NCBI GenBank assembly: GCA_030727685.1
Contig: JANRBC010000029.1
Coordinates: 1-38,026, forward strand
DNA from: Ilumatobacteraceae bacterium
GTDB taxonomy: Bacteria; Actinomycetota; Acidimicrobiia; Acidimicrobiales; Ilumatobacteraceae
Direction of reading: 5' to 3'
Length of the DNA: 38,026 bases
Shown: positions 26,852 through 36,045 of the stretch, in pieces
Layout of the letters: each line of letters starts with the position of its first letter
How positions within the stretch are numbered: the first letter of the stretch is position 1
The notes under the pieces: generated by a model
What the model saw: the letters and a program-made list of their open reading frames with translations, nothing else
Told to the model about the DNA's origin: nothing
The model's database searches: none
Program-made: the position numbers and the translations under genes

Positions 26852-28112
26852 CACAGATCGACATGACCACGAGCATTCGGGTCGTTTACCTAATTCGTAT
26901 TGGCGTCTTTACACTTCGTCGACTATTTCAAACTTGGGTGACGGAATGGTTGTTGCTGCTGCCCCACTACTCGCGATTTCTCTCACCGACGACTCTCGGC
27001 TGATTGCGTCGATCAGTTTTGCAGCAATGCTGCCATGGTTAATTCTTTCGCTTCCGGCAGGCGTTTATCTAGATCGACATGACAGACAGAAGATCATGTT
27101 TCGCGCCAACATTGTGCGAGGCGCAATCTTTGCATTGATTGCGATTGGCGCAGCAACAGGCTCTATCAATATTTACCTTTTGATTGCTGCCACTGCGCTC
27201 GCAGGTGTTTGCGAGTTGTTTTTTGATATGAGTTCGCAGGCGATTCTGCCGGCGATTGTCGATCAAGAGTCTCTAGAAGTGGCCAATAGCCGGCTTTACA
27301 TCTCGCAAATCATCAGTAATGGTTTTATTGGTCTTCCGTTTGGTGCATGGATTTTCGTCATCGCGATTGGTGCGCCGTTCGGAATCAATGCCATCGCCCT
27401 AATTTTGGCCGCACTACTAATTCGCTCAATAAGAATTAAATCGGCGCCCAAAGTTGAAAGTTCAACAAAGTCGTTCGGCACTGACCTGAGAGAGGGACTG
27501 GCCTGGCTTTGGAAACACGATCTGTTGCGAACCTTGGCGATCATGCTCGGTGTTGCCAACATGTGTGGCATGTTTGCCCAGGCAGTTTTTGTCAAATTTG
27601 CACGCGACGAACTCGGACTTGGAGCCCGCGGATTCGGTATTTTGCTCGCCGCAATCTCTGTTGGCTCGATTCTCGGTGGCCTGATTGGCCAGCGTGTTAG
27701 CAAAAAACTCGGTGCAAACACGGCGATAATTCTTTCGTACACGGTTTTTGCTATTTCCGATGTCATCCCTGGTGTCTTTCCAAGAGTATGGTCAGTTGCA
27801 CTAAGTGGCATTGTGATGGCCATCGCGGGCACGACCTGGAATGTGATCACAGTCAGTATGCGTCAGCGATTAATACCGCCAGAACTATTCGGCAGAGTTA
27901 ATAGTGTCTACAGATTCATCGGCACTGGCAGCACCGCATTTGGTGCACTCATCGGCGGTCAGATCGCTTACTCATTCGGCTTGCGTGCAACTTATCTCGC
28001 TTCGGGCGTCGTACTGTTGGTCGCCTTGATTACTTTGGGTCCAGTCTTTTTGCGTGCGGCAAAAATCTACATTGTGCCTGATCGAACACCGGCGCCGCCG
28101 TCAATCACGTAA
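26844..28112 (+). CDS. MFS transporter (EntS/MFS_3-like)
   Basis: 422 aa, ~12 TM. N-terminal YWRLYTSSTISNLGDGM is typical of this MFS subgroup. It overlaps the menE end by 8 nt. Confidence 0.8.
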   Translation: MTDTDRHDHEHSGRLPNSYWRLYTSSTISNLGDGMVVAAAPLLAISLTDDSRLIASISFAAMLPWLILSLPAGVYLDRHDRQKIMFRANIVRGAIFALIAIGAATGSINIYLLIAATALAGVCELFFDMSSQAILPAIVDQESLEVANSRLYISQIISNGFIGLPFGAWIFVIAIGAPFGINAIALILAALLIRSIRIKSAPKVESSTKSFGTDLREGLAWLWKHDLLRTLAIMLGVANMCGMFAQAVFVKFARDELGLGARGFGILLAAISVGSILGGLIGQRVSKKLGANTAIILSYTVFAISDVIPGVFPRVWSVALSGIVMAIAGTTWNVITVSMRQRLIPPELFGRVNSVYRFIGTGSTAFGALIGGQIAYSFGLRATYLASGVVLLVALITLGPVFLRAAKIYIVPDRTPAPPSIT

Positions 28113-28816
28113 GTTTCGCCAGTAATCCACGAAGCCAAGTCAGAACAGAGAAACAACGCCAAGTTTGCGATGTCTTGGGGTTCACCAAGTCGTTTAGTGG
28201 GTAACGCTGATGCAAGTTTGTCGCCCACGTTCTCGATCAGAACCGAAGCGAAAAGAGTCTTGACTAAACCTGGCGCGATACCCACGACGCGAGTTTTGCC
28301 TAATTCACAAGCCAATTGACTCGTCAGATGAATTACAGCCGCTTTGGTCAAGTTATAAACACCCAGACCCTGCTCTGCACGAAGACCACCGACTGATGCA
28401 ATATTCAGAATCACACCTGGCTTGTTCTGCATCGATGCATTCCACACTGCTTGACTCCAGAACAAGGGACCCTTCAAATTAACTTGGAAGGTTTTGTCAA
28501 AGCGAGCCGAATCAACGCCGAGGGTCTCGCCATAATAAGGATTTGTTGCAGCATTATTGACCAAGATGTCGATTTTTCCAAAGCGCTCCATAGTTGCATC
28601 GATGCATGCTTTGGCCTGATCAATTTCACCTGCGTTGGCGGCGAAAACATCGGTCTCACCATCCATCTCTTTTGCAGCAGCCTGAAGTGCGTCAAGTTTT
28701 CGCGAAGTAAGCATGACTTGTGCCCCAGCATCAACAAACGATTTAGCGATTGCTTTGCCAATGCCCCGAGACGCACCAGTGACGATTGCGGTTTTGCCGC
28801 GTAATGAAATCTCCAT
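28067..28816 (-). CDS. SDR-family oxidoreductase (FabG-like)
   Basis: 249 aa with TGASRGIGKAIA, NNAA, the catalytic YNLTKAA (YxxxK) and a C-terminal VIDGG. The 3' end overlaps the MFS gene by 46 nt. Confidence 0.88.
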   Translation of the reverse strand: MEISLRGKTAIVTGASRGIGKAIAKSFVDAGAQVMLTSRKLDALQAAAKEMDGETDVFAANAGEIDQAKACIDATMERFGKIDILVNNAATNPYYGETLGVDSARFDKTFQVNLKGPLFWSQAVWNASMQNKPGVILNIASVGGLRAEQGLGVYNLTKAAVIHLTSQLACELGKTRVVGIAPGLVKTLFASVLIENVGDKLASALPTKRLGEPQDIANLALFLCSDLASWITGETYVIDGGAGVRSGTM

Positions 28817-28833
28817 GAGGCGAGACTAATCGT

Positions 28834-30114
28834 TTATTTTTTTGATTGCGAAATTCGAATGATCTGAATTCGCCGACCATCAAGTTCTTCGACGCAAAAC
28901 ACCACGTCATTGATCTTGACAGACTCGCCTACTTCAGGCACATGGCCTAATTCACCGAAGACAAGACCACCGATTGTGTCGTAGTCGTCAGTGCTTATTT
29001 CTGCTTCAAGAATTTGATTGAGTTTGCCAATTGTGGTGACCCCGGCGACAAGCAAGTCTCCATTTGGCTGTCGCTGTACCGAAGTGTCGTCTTCGTCATG
29101 CTCATCGCCGATTTCGCCAACTAATTCTTCAAGGCAATCTTCGAGCGTGACAAGACCTGCAAGCAAGCCGTATTCATCAGCGACCATCGCCAAATGAAAT
29201 TTTTCTTGCTGCATCTGACGCATTAAGTCGGCAACTGGTTTCATCTCCGGAACTACTTGGACCGAGTGCATGCTTGATTTGATTGACTCGGCTCCACGAC
29301 CTGAGCGTTCGGCGGCAATCAAATCTTTTGCATATACGGCACCCACAAGGTCATCTTGGTCGTCATCATCTGCACGCAAAACAGGCAGACGACTTAACCG
29401 ATGTTCAACGATGATGTCGATCGCTTGCGAGATCGTCAAGTCGTCATTGATGGTTACAACATCTGGACGTGGCACCATGATCTTACGAACAACTGTGTCG
29501 CCAAACTCAATTACTGATTCGATTAGTTCGCGCTCTTCATGCTCAATTACGGCATCTTGCGCCGCCGCTTCAACGATGCCCAAGAACTCTTGCTCACTGA
29601 TGAATGGACCAGCCTCAAGTCCTTTGCCCCGCACGATTACATTCGTCAGTCTGATCAAGCCTTGCGAAATCATCCGCAGCGGATAAAAGCTTGTGAGTGC
29701 ATTAACTGACACTGCAGTTAGTATCGCGCCACGCACCGGGTGAACTAGCCCGTAGGTCTTCGGCACGGCCTCGGCCAAAACAAAAAAGACGATTACGTTC
29801 AGCGTTACGCCAACCGCGATACCAGGGGCACCAAACAATCGCCCCGAAACGATGCCAGTTAGCGTCGCCTGCACTGTCTGAAAGATGTTTACCGTCAAGA
29901 GCAACGGGTTAACCCATTTTGTTGGGTCTTCAGCAAGTTTCAAGATTATCTTTGCGCGCTTGCCGCCTTGATCTAGCAATGCTTGAGCTTTTTGTTTGGT
30001 GATCCGCGAAAGGCTCATTTCAGCAAGTGCGAGACCCGTCAATGCAACCAGCAACATGACAATCGTAAACAGCATCCAGAAATCAGCCGCTCGAGGTGCC
30101 ACTGCAAAAATCAT
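28834..30114 (-). CDS. CNNM/DUF21-CBS-CorC_HlyC family membrane protein (hemolysin-like, putative Mg/Co efflux)
   Basis: 426 aa. An N-terminal 4-TM DUF21 region, a CBS pair (IMVPRPDVV...LPVL; ...HLAMVADEYGLLAGLVTLEDCLEELVGEI) and a C-terminal transporter-associated domain. Confidence 0.85.
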   Translation of the reverse strand: MIFAVAPRAADFWMLFTIVMLLVALTGLALAEMSLSRITKQKAQALLDQGGKRAKIILKLAEDPTKWVNPLLLTVNIFQTVQATLTGIVSGRLFGAPGIAVGVTLNVIVFFVLAEAVPKTYGLVHPVRGAILTAVSVNALTSFYPLRMISQGLIRLTNVIVRGKGLEAGPFISEQEFLGIVEAAAQDAVIEHEERELIESVIEFGDTVVRKIMVPRPDVVTINDDLTISQAIDIIVEHRLSRLPVLRADDDDQDDLVGAVYAKDLIAAERSGRGAESIKSSMHSVQVVPEMKPVADLMRQMQQEKFHLAMVADEYGLLAGLVTLEDCLEELVGEIGDEHDEDDTSVQRQPNGDLLVAGVTTIGKLNQILEAEISTDDYDTIGGLVFGELGHVPEVGESVKINDVVFCVEELDGRRIQIIRISQSKK

Positions 30115-30701
30115 TCGTAGACCTTGCTAAATGAGTCTGGCATCGGTCCTCGCCAATGGTGCAGTTCTAAAAGTTCGCGTTCACGAGATTGCATTTTCTT
30201 CGCATCGTGATCACTTTCATGGTCGTAACCCAAAACGTGCAGAACTCCGTGAGTTACCAAGAGAGCAAATTCGTCATCGATATTGCCAGCATGAGTCGAC
30301 GATTGATTCTTCGCCACGCTCGGACAGACAACAACATCACCGAGCAAAATTGGCAAGTCATTTAAATCGACATTCAAGTTGTCGGGACCACGAGAAAATG
30401 CACCAGGCCCTGGTGTGTGAACCGATTCAACCGCGTCAAGCGGAAACGACAAAACATCAGTCGGCCCATGCTTGCCCATATATTTCTCGTTAAGACCAGC
30501 GATTGCCGACTCTGGCACAAACATCAATGTCAACTCGGCCGCCCCACGTACACCCTCAGATACCAAGACGTTCTTGGCCAATTGATGCCAACGCGCAACA
30601 TCAACAGCAACATCAGTTTGTTCGTCAGCGCAGAAGACTTCAATTTCACCGTCTCCGCCAACTTTGCGAGGGCCGTTTCGTTTAATGTGTGGCTCAAGCA
30701 C
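30111..30701 (-). CDS. ybeY: rRNA maturation endoribonuclease YbeY
   Basis: 196 aa with PTDVLSFPLD and the zinc motif HGVLHVLGYDH. GTG start overlaps the phoH end by 8 nt. It carries a ~18-aa N-terminal extension relative to typical YbeY. Confidence 0.88.
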   Translation of the reverse strand: MLEPHIKRNGPRKVGGDGEIEVFCADEQTDVAVDVARWHQLAKNVLVSEGVRGAAELTLMFVPESAIAGLNEKYMGKHGPTDVLSFPLDAVESVHTPGPGAFSRGPDNLNVDLNDLPILLGDVVVCPSVAKNQSSTHAGNIDDEFALLVTHGVLHVLGYDHESDHDAKKMQSRERELLELHHWRGPMPDSFSKVYE

Positions 30702-31665
30702 GATTGCTCACCGCATTCAAACCTTTCTGTTCATATGCAGCAACGATGTCTGACACTATTTTGTGCCGAACAATGTCACTGACACCGAGATGCACAAACG
30801 AAAGACCTTCGATACCGGTAAGTATCTTTTCTAGACCAAACAAGCCACTGCGATTGTCAGGAATGTCAACCTGTGTCATGTCGCCAGTAACGACAACCTT
30901 TGAACCGAAGCCAATGCGAGTCAAAAACATCTTGATCTGTTCTGGTGTCGCATTTTGGGCTTCGTCCAAAATTATGAAACTGTTGTTGAGGGTTCGTCCG
31001 CGCATATATGCGAGAGGGGCGACCTCGACGACTTGCCTTTCAACGAGTTTTTGCGCACCTTCAGCGCCAACCATGTCGTGAAGTGCATCATAAAGAGGAC
31101 GAAGATACGGATCTAGTTTGGCCATCAAATCACCCGGCAAAAAGCCGAGTCGCTCTCCTGCTTCGACTGCTGGTCGCGTAAGAATTATCCGTTGAACTTG
31201 CTTGGTTTGCAATGCGTGCACCGCCATTGCAATCGCCAGCCAACTCTTGCCCGTGCCGGCAGGACCAAGGCCAAATGTAATTACGTTTTCGCGAATTGCA
31301 TCGACATAATGCTTTTGCCCAGATGTTTTGGGCCGCACCGGCTTACCCTGATTGGCTCTCACTATGTCATGAGTTAGCACCGAACTAGGTCGCTCATGTA
31401 ACCGCAACATTTCTATACTTCGTGCAACGACAACAGTATTTAGATTTTCGCCACCTTGAAGCAGCGAAGTCAGTTCTTCGAACAAACTGCCGACAGTGTC
31501 TGTCTCGGTGCCAGAGATTGAAATTTCGTTACCACGGACACGAATCGTGGTGTTCGGAAACTCTTTTTCGATAAGTCGAAGGTGCGAATCTCTTTCGCCG
31601 AGCAAACTTGACATTAAGTGTGAACCTGGCACAACAACCGTCACTGCGGCTACGGAAACACTCAT
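30694..31665 (-). CDS. phoH: PhoH-family ATPase
   Basis: 323 aa. Walker A GPAGTGKSWLA, Walker B IILDEAQN, and GDMTQVD. Confidence 0.92.
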   Translation of the reverse strand: MSVSVAAVTVVVPGSHLMSSLLGERDSHLRLIEKEFPNTTIRVRGNEISISGTETDTVGSLFEELTSLLQGGENLNTVVVARSIEMLRLHERPSSVLTHDIVRANQGKPVRPKTSGQKHYVDAIRENVITFGLGPAGTGKSWLAIAMAVHALQTKQVQRIILTRPAVEAGERLGFLPGDLMAKLDPYLRPLYDALHDMVGAEGAQKLVERQVVEVAPLAYMRGRTLNNSFIILDEAQNATPEQIKMFLTRIGFGSKVVVTGDMTQVDIPDNRSGLFGLEKILTGIEGLSFVHLGVSDIVRHKIVSDIVAAYEQKGLNAVSNRA

Positions 31666-31724
31666 CGCTGACTTAAGACTATCGTGCGCTGAACCTTTAC
31701 AAATTATTAATTTAACTTGGCGAA

Positions 31725-32327
31725 TTAAGCATTTTTCACGAGTTCGTCAGGCGATGAGAGACGATCAACATCGGTAGCAGACAAATTTGCAAAGTCGAGC
31801 GCGAAGTAACGCTGAGTCGATAGTGCTAAGAGTTCGACATCACCGACCAACTTGGCCATGCGAAACAGCAATTCTGCTGCGCCACCTTTCGCGGCAGGCT
31901 GATGCACTTCAGGAATATCAAAAACCAAAAGTGCACCATCACGAGCCTCAGCAGTTAATGCTTGGCGCGCGAGCATGACGTTCGCACCATGAGCATCTGC
32001 TGTCGGATCAACAACGACCCAAACTATGTAGTGAACCTGCCCTGCGCGGTAGCGATCAGGAAAGTGCTTTTCAAAATAGATTTCACTCAACCAACGAGTG
32101 GCGCGAACATCTGTAGATACAAGAGTCATCGCAACTGGCGATGAGTCACTCCAGACGACCCAAACCCGATTTGAGTCACGCGAGATTTGCTCGTTGAATT
32201 CGTCTTGATCGAGCATCTCGTGCGTTACTGTCGCCTCGGCAGTTGGCAAATAAGTCGTGCGGTAAAGACGCCACAGTTTCTCGCGCAACGCTGGATCAAC
32301 AACGTTGGAATGACGGGTTACAAACAT
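31725..32327 (-). CDS. Hypothetical protein, unknown family
   Basis: I prefer the ATG at 32327 (MFVTRHSNVVDPALREKLWRLY...). The 32 upstream codons of the listed ORF are Arg/Lys-rich and probably not coding. I can name no motif. It lies divergent from the GGDEF-EAL gene. Confidence 0.55.
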   Translation of the reverse strand: MFVTRHSNVVDPALREKLWRLYRTTYLPTAEATVTHEMLDQDEFNEQISRDSNRVWVVWSDSSPVAMTLVSTDVRATRWLSEIYFEKHFPDRYRAGQVHYIVWVVVDPTADAHGANVMLARQALTAEARDGALLVFDIPEVHQPAAKGGAAELLFRMAKLVGDVELLALSTQRYFALDFANLSATDVDRLSSPDELVKNA

Positions 32328-32413
32328 CGACGGGTACTTTCTCGGCGCACGACGCCGAACCTTGGACAAAACCCCGCCTCCCAAAAGTTTAGAACATCTG
32401 TAGTACCGTTTTC

Positions 32414-34696
32414 GTGATGTCAAAAGCCGTTTCTCGTGCGGCGTGGGCGATGACTGGTCTGGCCATTATCGCCACCGGTCTGCATGTTTTGGGTCTCTCG
32501 ACGCTTTCGAGCGAGCTGATTTATATGATCGCCGCCGTTCAGGTTTTTGTAAGCGCGATCATTGGTATTGCAATCAACAAACCCGATCGACGCATCTGGT
32601 CTGCCCTGCTCTTGCTGATTGTGATTTTGATCGCCGCACAGATTTTTGATAACCGCGATTCAAGTGTTGTCACGACACAGGCGATCTCGGAAACTCTATT
32701 TTTGGGCGTCCAGTTGATTTTAGTTTTCGGACTATTCGTCACCGTGCAGCGCAGATTCGGTCGCGATCCAATGAATGTTGTCTATGACTCGCTGATAATC
32801 GGGCTTGGCTCATGGTTTTTGATTTGGGTCGTGTTTTTAAATCCGGCGCGAGAAATTTCGCAAGATCTTGTCTCGATTACTGCAATACGCGGTGCGACTT
32901 TGGCGTCAAGCGCGATAGTTATATTTTTGCTTGCAACTTTGTTGTTTGCCGATACCGAGAGAACGTCGGCAGTATGGTTCGCGGCTAGCGCAATCGCTTG
33001 TTCTTTGATTGGCGACTTTCTCTATGCGACAAATCAATCAGGCAGATACGAGATCTCGGACCAATTCGCTAATGCACCGTACATTGCAAGTTTGTTTTTA
33101 GTTTCGGCGACAGTGCTGCATCCGAGTGTCGCAACGATGACTTCACACTCGGCGCGGCGACTGAAGCAACCTCTTCTAGGTCGACTCGTGCTGACTACAA
33201 CTTCACTAGTTTTGCCTGTCGTGGTGTTGGCACTCACAAATCCAACAACAGATGTCGACCGAACAGTGCGAGCGATCTCAATTTTTGTTTTGGCTACAGC
33301 TGTTACATTGCGAGTGGTTTTGGCGGTTCGTGCGAACGCTGTTTTGCAGGCAAAACTTATCGATTCTGCGCAAACTGATTCGCTCACCAGTCTTCCGAAT
33401 CGTGGCTTGATGATTGAGCATGTTTCGGCGGCGTTGGAGGGTGCGCGATTCAGCGGTCTCTCGCCAACTGTTTTGTTTATCGACGTCGACAGATTCAAGA
33501 ACATCAATGACAGCCTTGGGCACTCGGCTGGTGACGATGTCTTGGTCTCAGTTGCTCAAAGATTGCGCGTGGCATTACCCGATAGATGCATCGTCGGGCG
33601 AATATCGGGCGACGAGTTTGTCGTGCTCGACGCCAAATCAAAGAACCAAAGCGATGCCGTATTGTTGGCCGACTTGGTGCTTGAAAGTTTTCACGAACCT
33701 CTGGCATTGCGCCAAGGCGATGTCTTTGTTTCTGCAAGTATCGGCGTCGCAGTTTTTGATCGCGAGATTTCAACATCGGCAGACGATTTATTGCGCAATG
33801 CAGACACCGCGATGTATCGCGCAAAAGATGCAGGACGAAACTGCGTCGCAATTTTCGACAAGTCGATGCTTGAGCGCGTCAATCAACGCTTGGCGGTAGA
33901 AACCGCTCTCTACCGGGCACTTGAACGTCGCGAACTTCGACTCGTTCATCAGCCAATAATCGATATCGACCTAGGAGACGTAATCGGGTTCGAGGCTCTG
34001 ATGCGCTGGGACATGGAAGACGGCACCAATGTCTCGCCTGCCGAATTTATTCCAATCGCTGAAGAGACTGGCATCATCGTGCCGATTGGTGCGTGGGCCT
34101 TGCTCGAGGCACTCACACACTTGCGTAGTTGGATAAACCAAGGCATCTGTCGTCGCGACGCCACGATGTCAGTCAATGTCTCACCACGACAACTACATGA
34201 TCCAAATTTTGTTGCGGTTGTCAACGAAGCATTAATGCGCTCTCGTATGCCCGCAGATCAGTTATGGCTTGAAGTAACCGAGGGCGTGATGATCACTCAA
34301 CCCGAACAGGCACTCGATACGTTGCGCAGACTCTCAGATATCGGCGTGCGCGTAGCAATTGACGACTTCGGCACTGGATATTCTTCGTTGTCATTTTTGC
34401 AGCGGTTTCCTATCCATAGATTGAAAATTGACAGAACCTTTATCAACGAGTTAGCAAGCGACGCAAACGCGCGATCTCTCGTGCGAACGATCATCGCCAT
34501 GGCGAATTCTCTCGGGCTCGACGTAGTTGCCGAAGGTGTCGAAACTGTCGAACAACTTCACGCACTCGGCGACTTGCGATGCAGCAAAGCGCAAGGCTAT
34601 TTAATTAGTCATCCAGTGACCCCAGAAACGATGGCCAGCACCGTCGCTGGTCTCGACAAAATTGGCAAATGGCCACGGTTGCGACCACTTAAGTAA
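32414..34696 (+). CDS. Membrane-anchored GGDEF-EAL protein (c-di-GMP turnover) with a ~10-TM N-terminal domain
   Basis: 760 aa. GGDEF domain with SGDEF (GRISGDEFVV) and no RxxD I-site five residues upstream. EAL domain with EALMRW, NVSPRQL, LEVTEG, DDFGTGYSSL, KIDRTF, AEGVE and QGYL all present. Confidence 0.88.
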   Translation: MMSKAVSRAAWAMTGLAIIATGLHVLGLSTLSSELIYMIAAVQVFVSAIIGIAINKPDRRIWSALLLLIVILIAAQIFDNRDSSVVTTQAISETLFLGVQLILVFGLFVTVQRRFGRDPMNVVYDSLIIGLGSWFLIWVVFLNPAREISQDLVSITAIRGATLASSAIVIFLLATLLFADTERTSAVWFAASAIACSLIGDFLYATNQSGRYEISDQFANAPYIASLFLVSATVLHPSVATMTSHSARRLKQPLLGRLVLTTTSLVLPVVVLALTNPTTDVDRTVRAISIFVLATAVTLRVVLAVRANAVLQAKLIDSAQTDSLTSLPNRGLMIEHVSAALEGARFSGLSPTVLFIDVDRFKNINDSLGHSAGDDVLVSVAQRLRVALPDRCIVGRISGDEFVVLDAKSKNQSDAVLLADLVLESFHEPLALRQGDVFVSASIGVAVFDREISTSADDLLRNADTAMYRAKDAGRNCVAIFDKSMLERVNQRLAVETALYRALERRELRLVHQPIIDIDLGDVIGFEALMRWDMEDGTNVSPAEFIPIAEETGIIVPIGAWALLEALTHLRSWINQGICRRDATMSVNVSPRQLHDPNFVAVVNEALMRSRMPADQLWLEVTEGVMITQPEQALDTLRRLSDIGVRVAIDDFGTGYSSLSFLQRFPIHRLKIDRTFINELASDANARSLVRTIIAMANSLGLDVVAEGVETVEQLHALGDLRCSKAQGYLISHPVTPETMASTVAGLDKIGKWPRLRPLK

Positions 34697-34725
34697 ATTC
34701 ATCGCGTCACCACGCACACGGCCCA

Positions 34726-36024
34726 ATGAGGCAGAATAGAGCCATGAGCGCACAACATTTGCCGAAAGATCTTGCACTTGAGTCAGCCGAATATCGAGTG
34801 CGTCAGGCAGGCGAATGGCTTGGTCTCGAAGACGGATTAATCGAAACAATCATTGCGCCGCGTCGAGTGCTCGAAGTTTCGATTCCGTTTAGGCATGATG
34901 ACGGCACGCGAGATCACCTTGTCGGTTGGCGCGTTCACCACAACACGACTCGTGGTCCTGCCAAAGGTGGAATTCGATATCACCCAGGCGTGACACGCGA
35001 CGAAGTTGTTGCTCTCGCAATTGGTATGTCACTTAAGACTGCAATTATGAACTTGCCTCTTGGCGGTGCAAAAGGTGGTATTGCAGTTGACCCAAAAACT
35101 TTGACTCTGCGCGAACTCGAAAAAGTTACGCGTCGTTATGTTTCAGAACTGATTCCGTTTCTTGGCCCCGACAAAGATGTGCCCGCACCTGATGTCGGCA
35201 CGAATTCCCAAGTGATGGCGTGGGTTCTTGACCAATATTCGGCAAGCGTCGGACACATCGTGCCCGGTGTTGTGACGGGCAAGCCAATTGAACTTGGTGG
35301 TTCGCTTGGTCGCGAATCGGCAACAGGTCGCGGCGCAGTTGAGGCTGCGGCGTTGGCAGGACGAGAAATGGGCCTTGCTCTCGAGGGATCAAGAATTGCG
35401 ATTCAGGGTTATGGACAAGTTGGCGCCTGGGCGGCAAGACTCGCGCAGGCTCGCGGCGCAAAGATTGTTGCTGTTGCTGATGTCGGTGGTGCAATTCACA
35501 ATGCAAATGGGCTCGACATCGCAATGATCGATCGCAAAATGCGCGAAGGCGCCAAGAGCGTCACTGAGACAGGGGCTGGCGAAGTAATCGGCAAAGGCAT
35601 TGATGGCTCGGCAAATCTATTTTCAGTTGACTGTGACATTTTAATGCCGTGCGCTCTTGGCGATGCAGTTGATGAACATACTGCTTCGAAGATCAAAGCA
35701 AAATTAATAGTCGAAGGAGCGAACGGTCCGCTGACACCAAAAGCAGACGAAGTTCTGACCGATCGCGGAATCATCGTCATGCCTGATGTTTATGCAAATG
35801 CGGGCGGCGTGACTTGCAGTTACCTTGAGCAATGCCAGAACTTTGCTCACCTCAGTTGGGACGAAGACGAAGTGAACGAAAAAGTTATCTCGCTGATGCA
35901 ATCAGCGTTCAAACGACTACATTCATTTTCGGTTGAACAGCAGTTGCCATATCGTCTGGCGGCATCGGTGCTCGGCATAAAAACGATTGCTGACTCGCAT
36001 CGCATGCGCGGACTGCATCCGTAA
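34726..36024 (+). CDS. gdh: Glutamate dehydrogenase (Glu/Leu/Phe/Val dehydrogenase family)
   Basis: 432 aa. Catalytic Lys motif PLGGAKGG and nucleotide-binding IQGYGQVGAW. The start may be the internal ATG at 34744. Confidence 0.88.
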   Translation: MRQNRAMSAQHLPKDLALESAEYRVRQAGEWLGLEDGLIETIIAPRRVLEVSIPFRHDDGTRDHLVGWRVHHNTTRGPAKGGIRYHPGVTRDEVVALAIGMSLKTAIMNLPLGGAKGGIAVDPKTLTLRELEKVTRRYVSELIPFLGPDKDVPAPDVGTNSQVMAWVLDQYSASVGHIVPGVVTGKPIELGGSLGRESATGRGAVEAAALAGREMGLALEGSRIAIQGYGQVGAWAARLAQARGAKIVAVADVGGAIHNANGLDIAMIDRKMREGAKSVTETGAGEVIGKGIDGSANLFSVDCDILMPCALGDAVDEHTASKIKAKLIVEGANGPLTPKADEVLTDRGIIVMPDVYANAGGVTCSYLEQCQNFAHLSWDEDEVNEKVISLMQSAFKRLHSFSVEQQLPYRLAASVLGIKTIADSHRMRGLHP

Positions 36025-36045
36025 AAATTAACTAGTCTGAGAATT

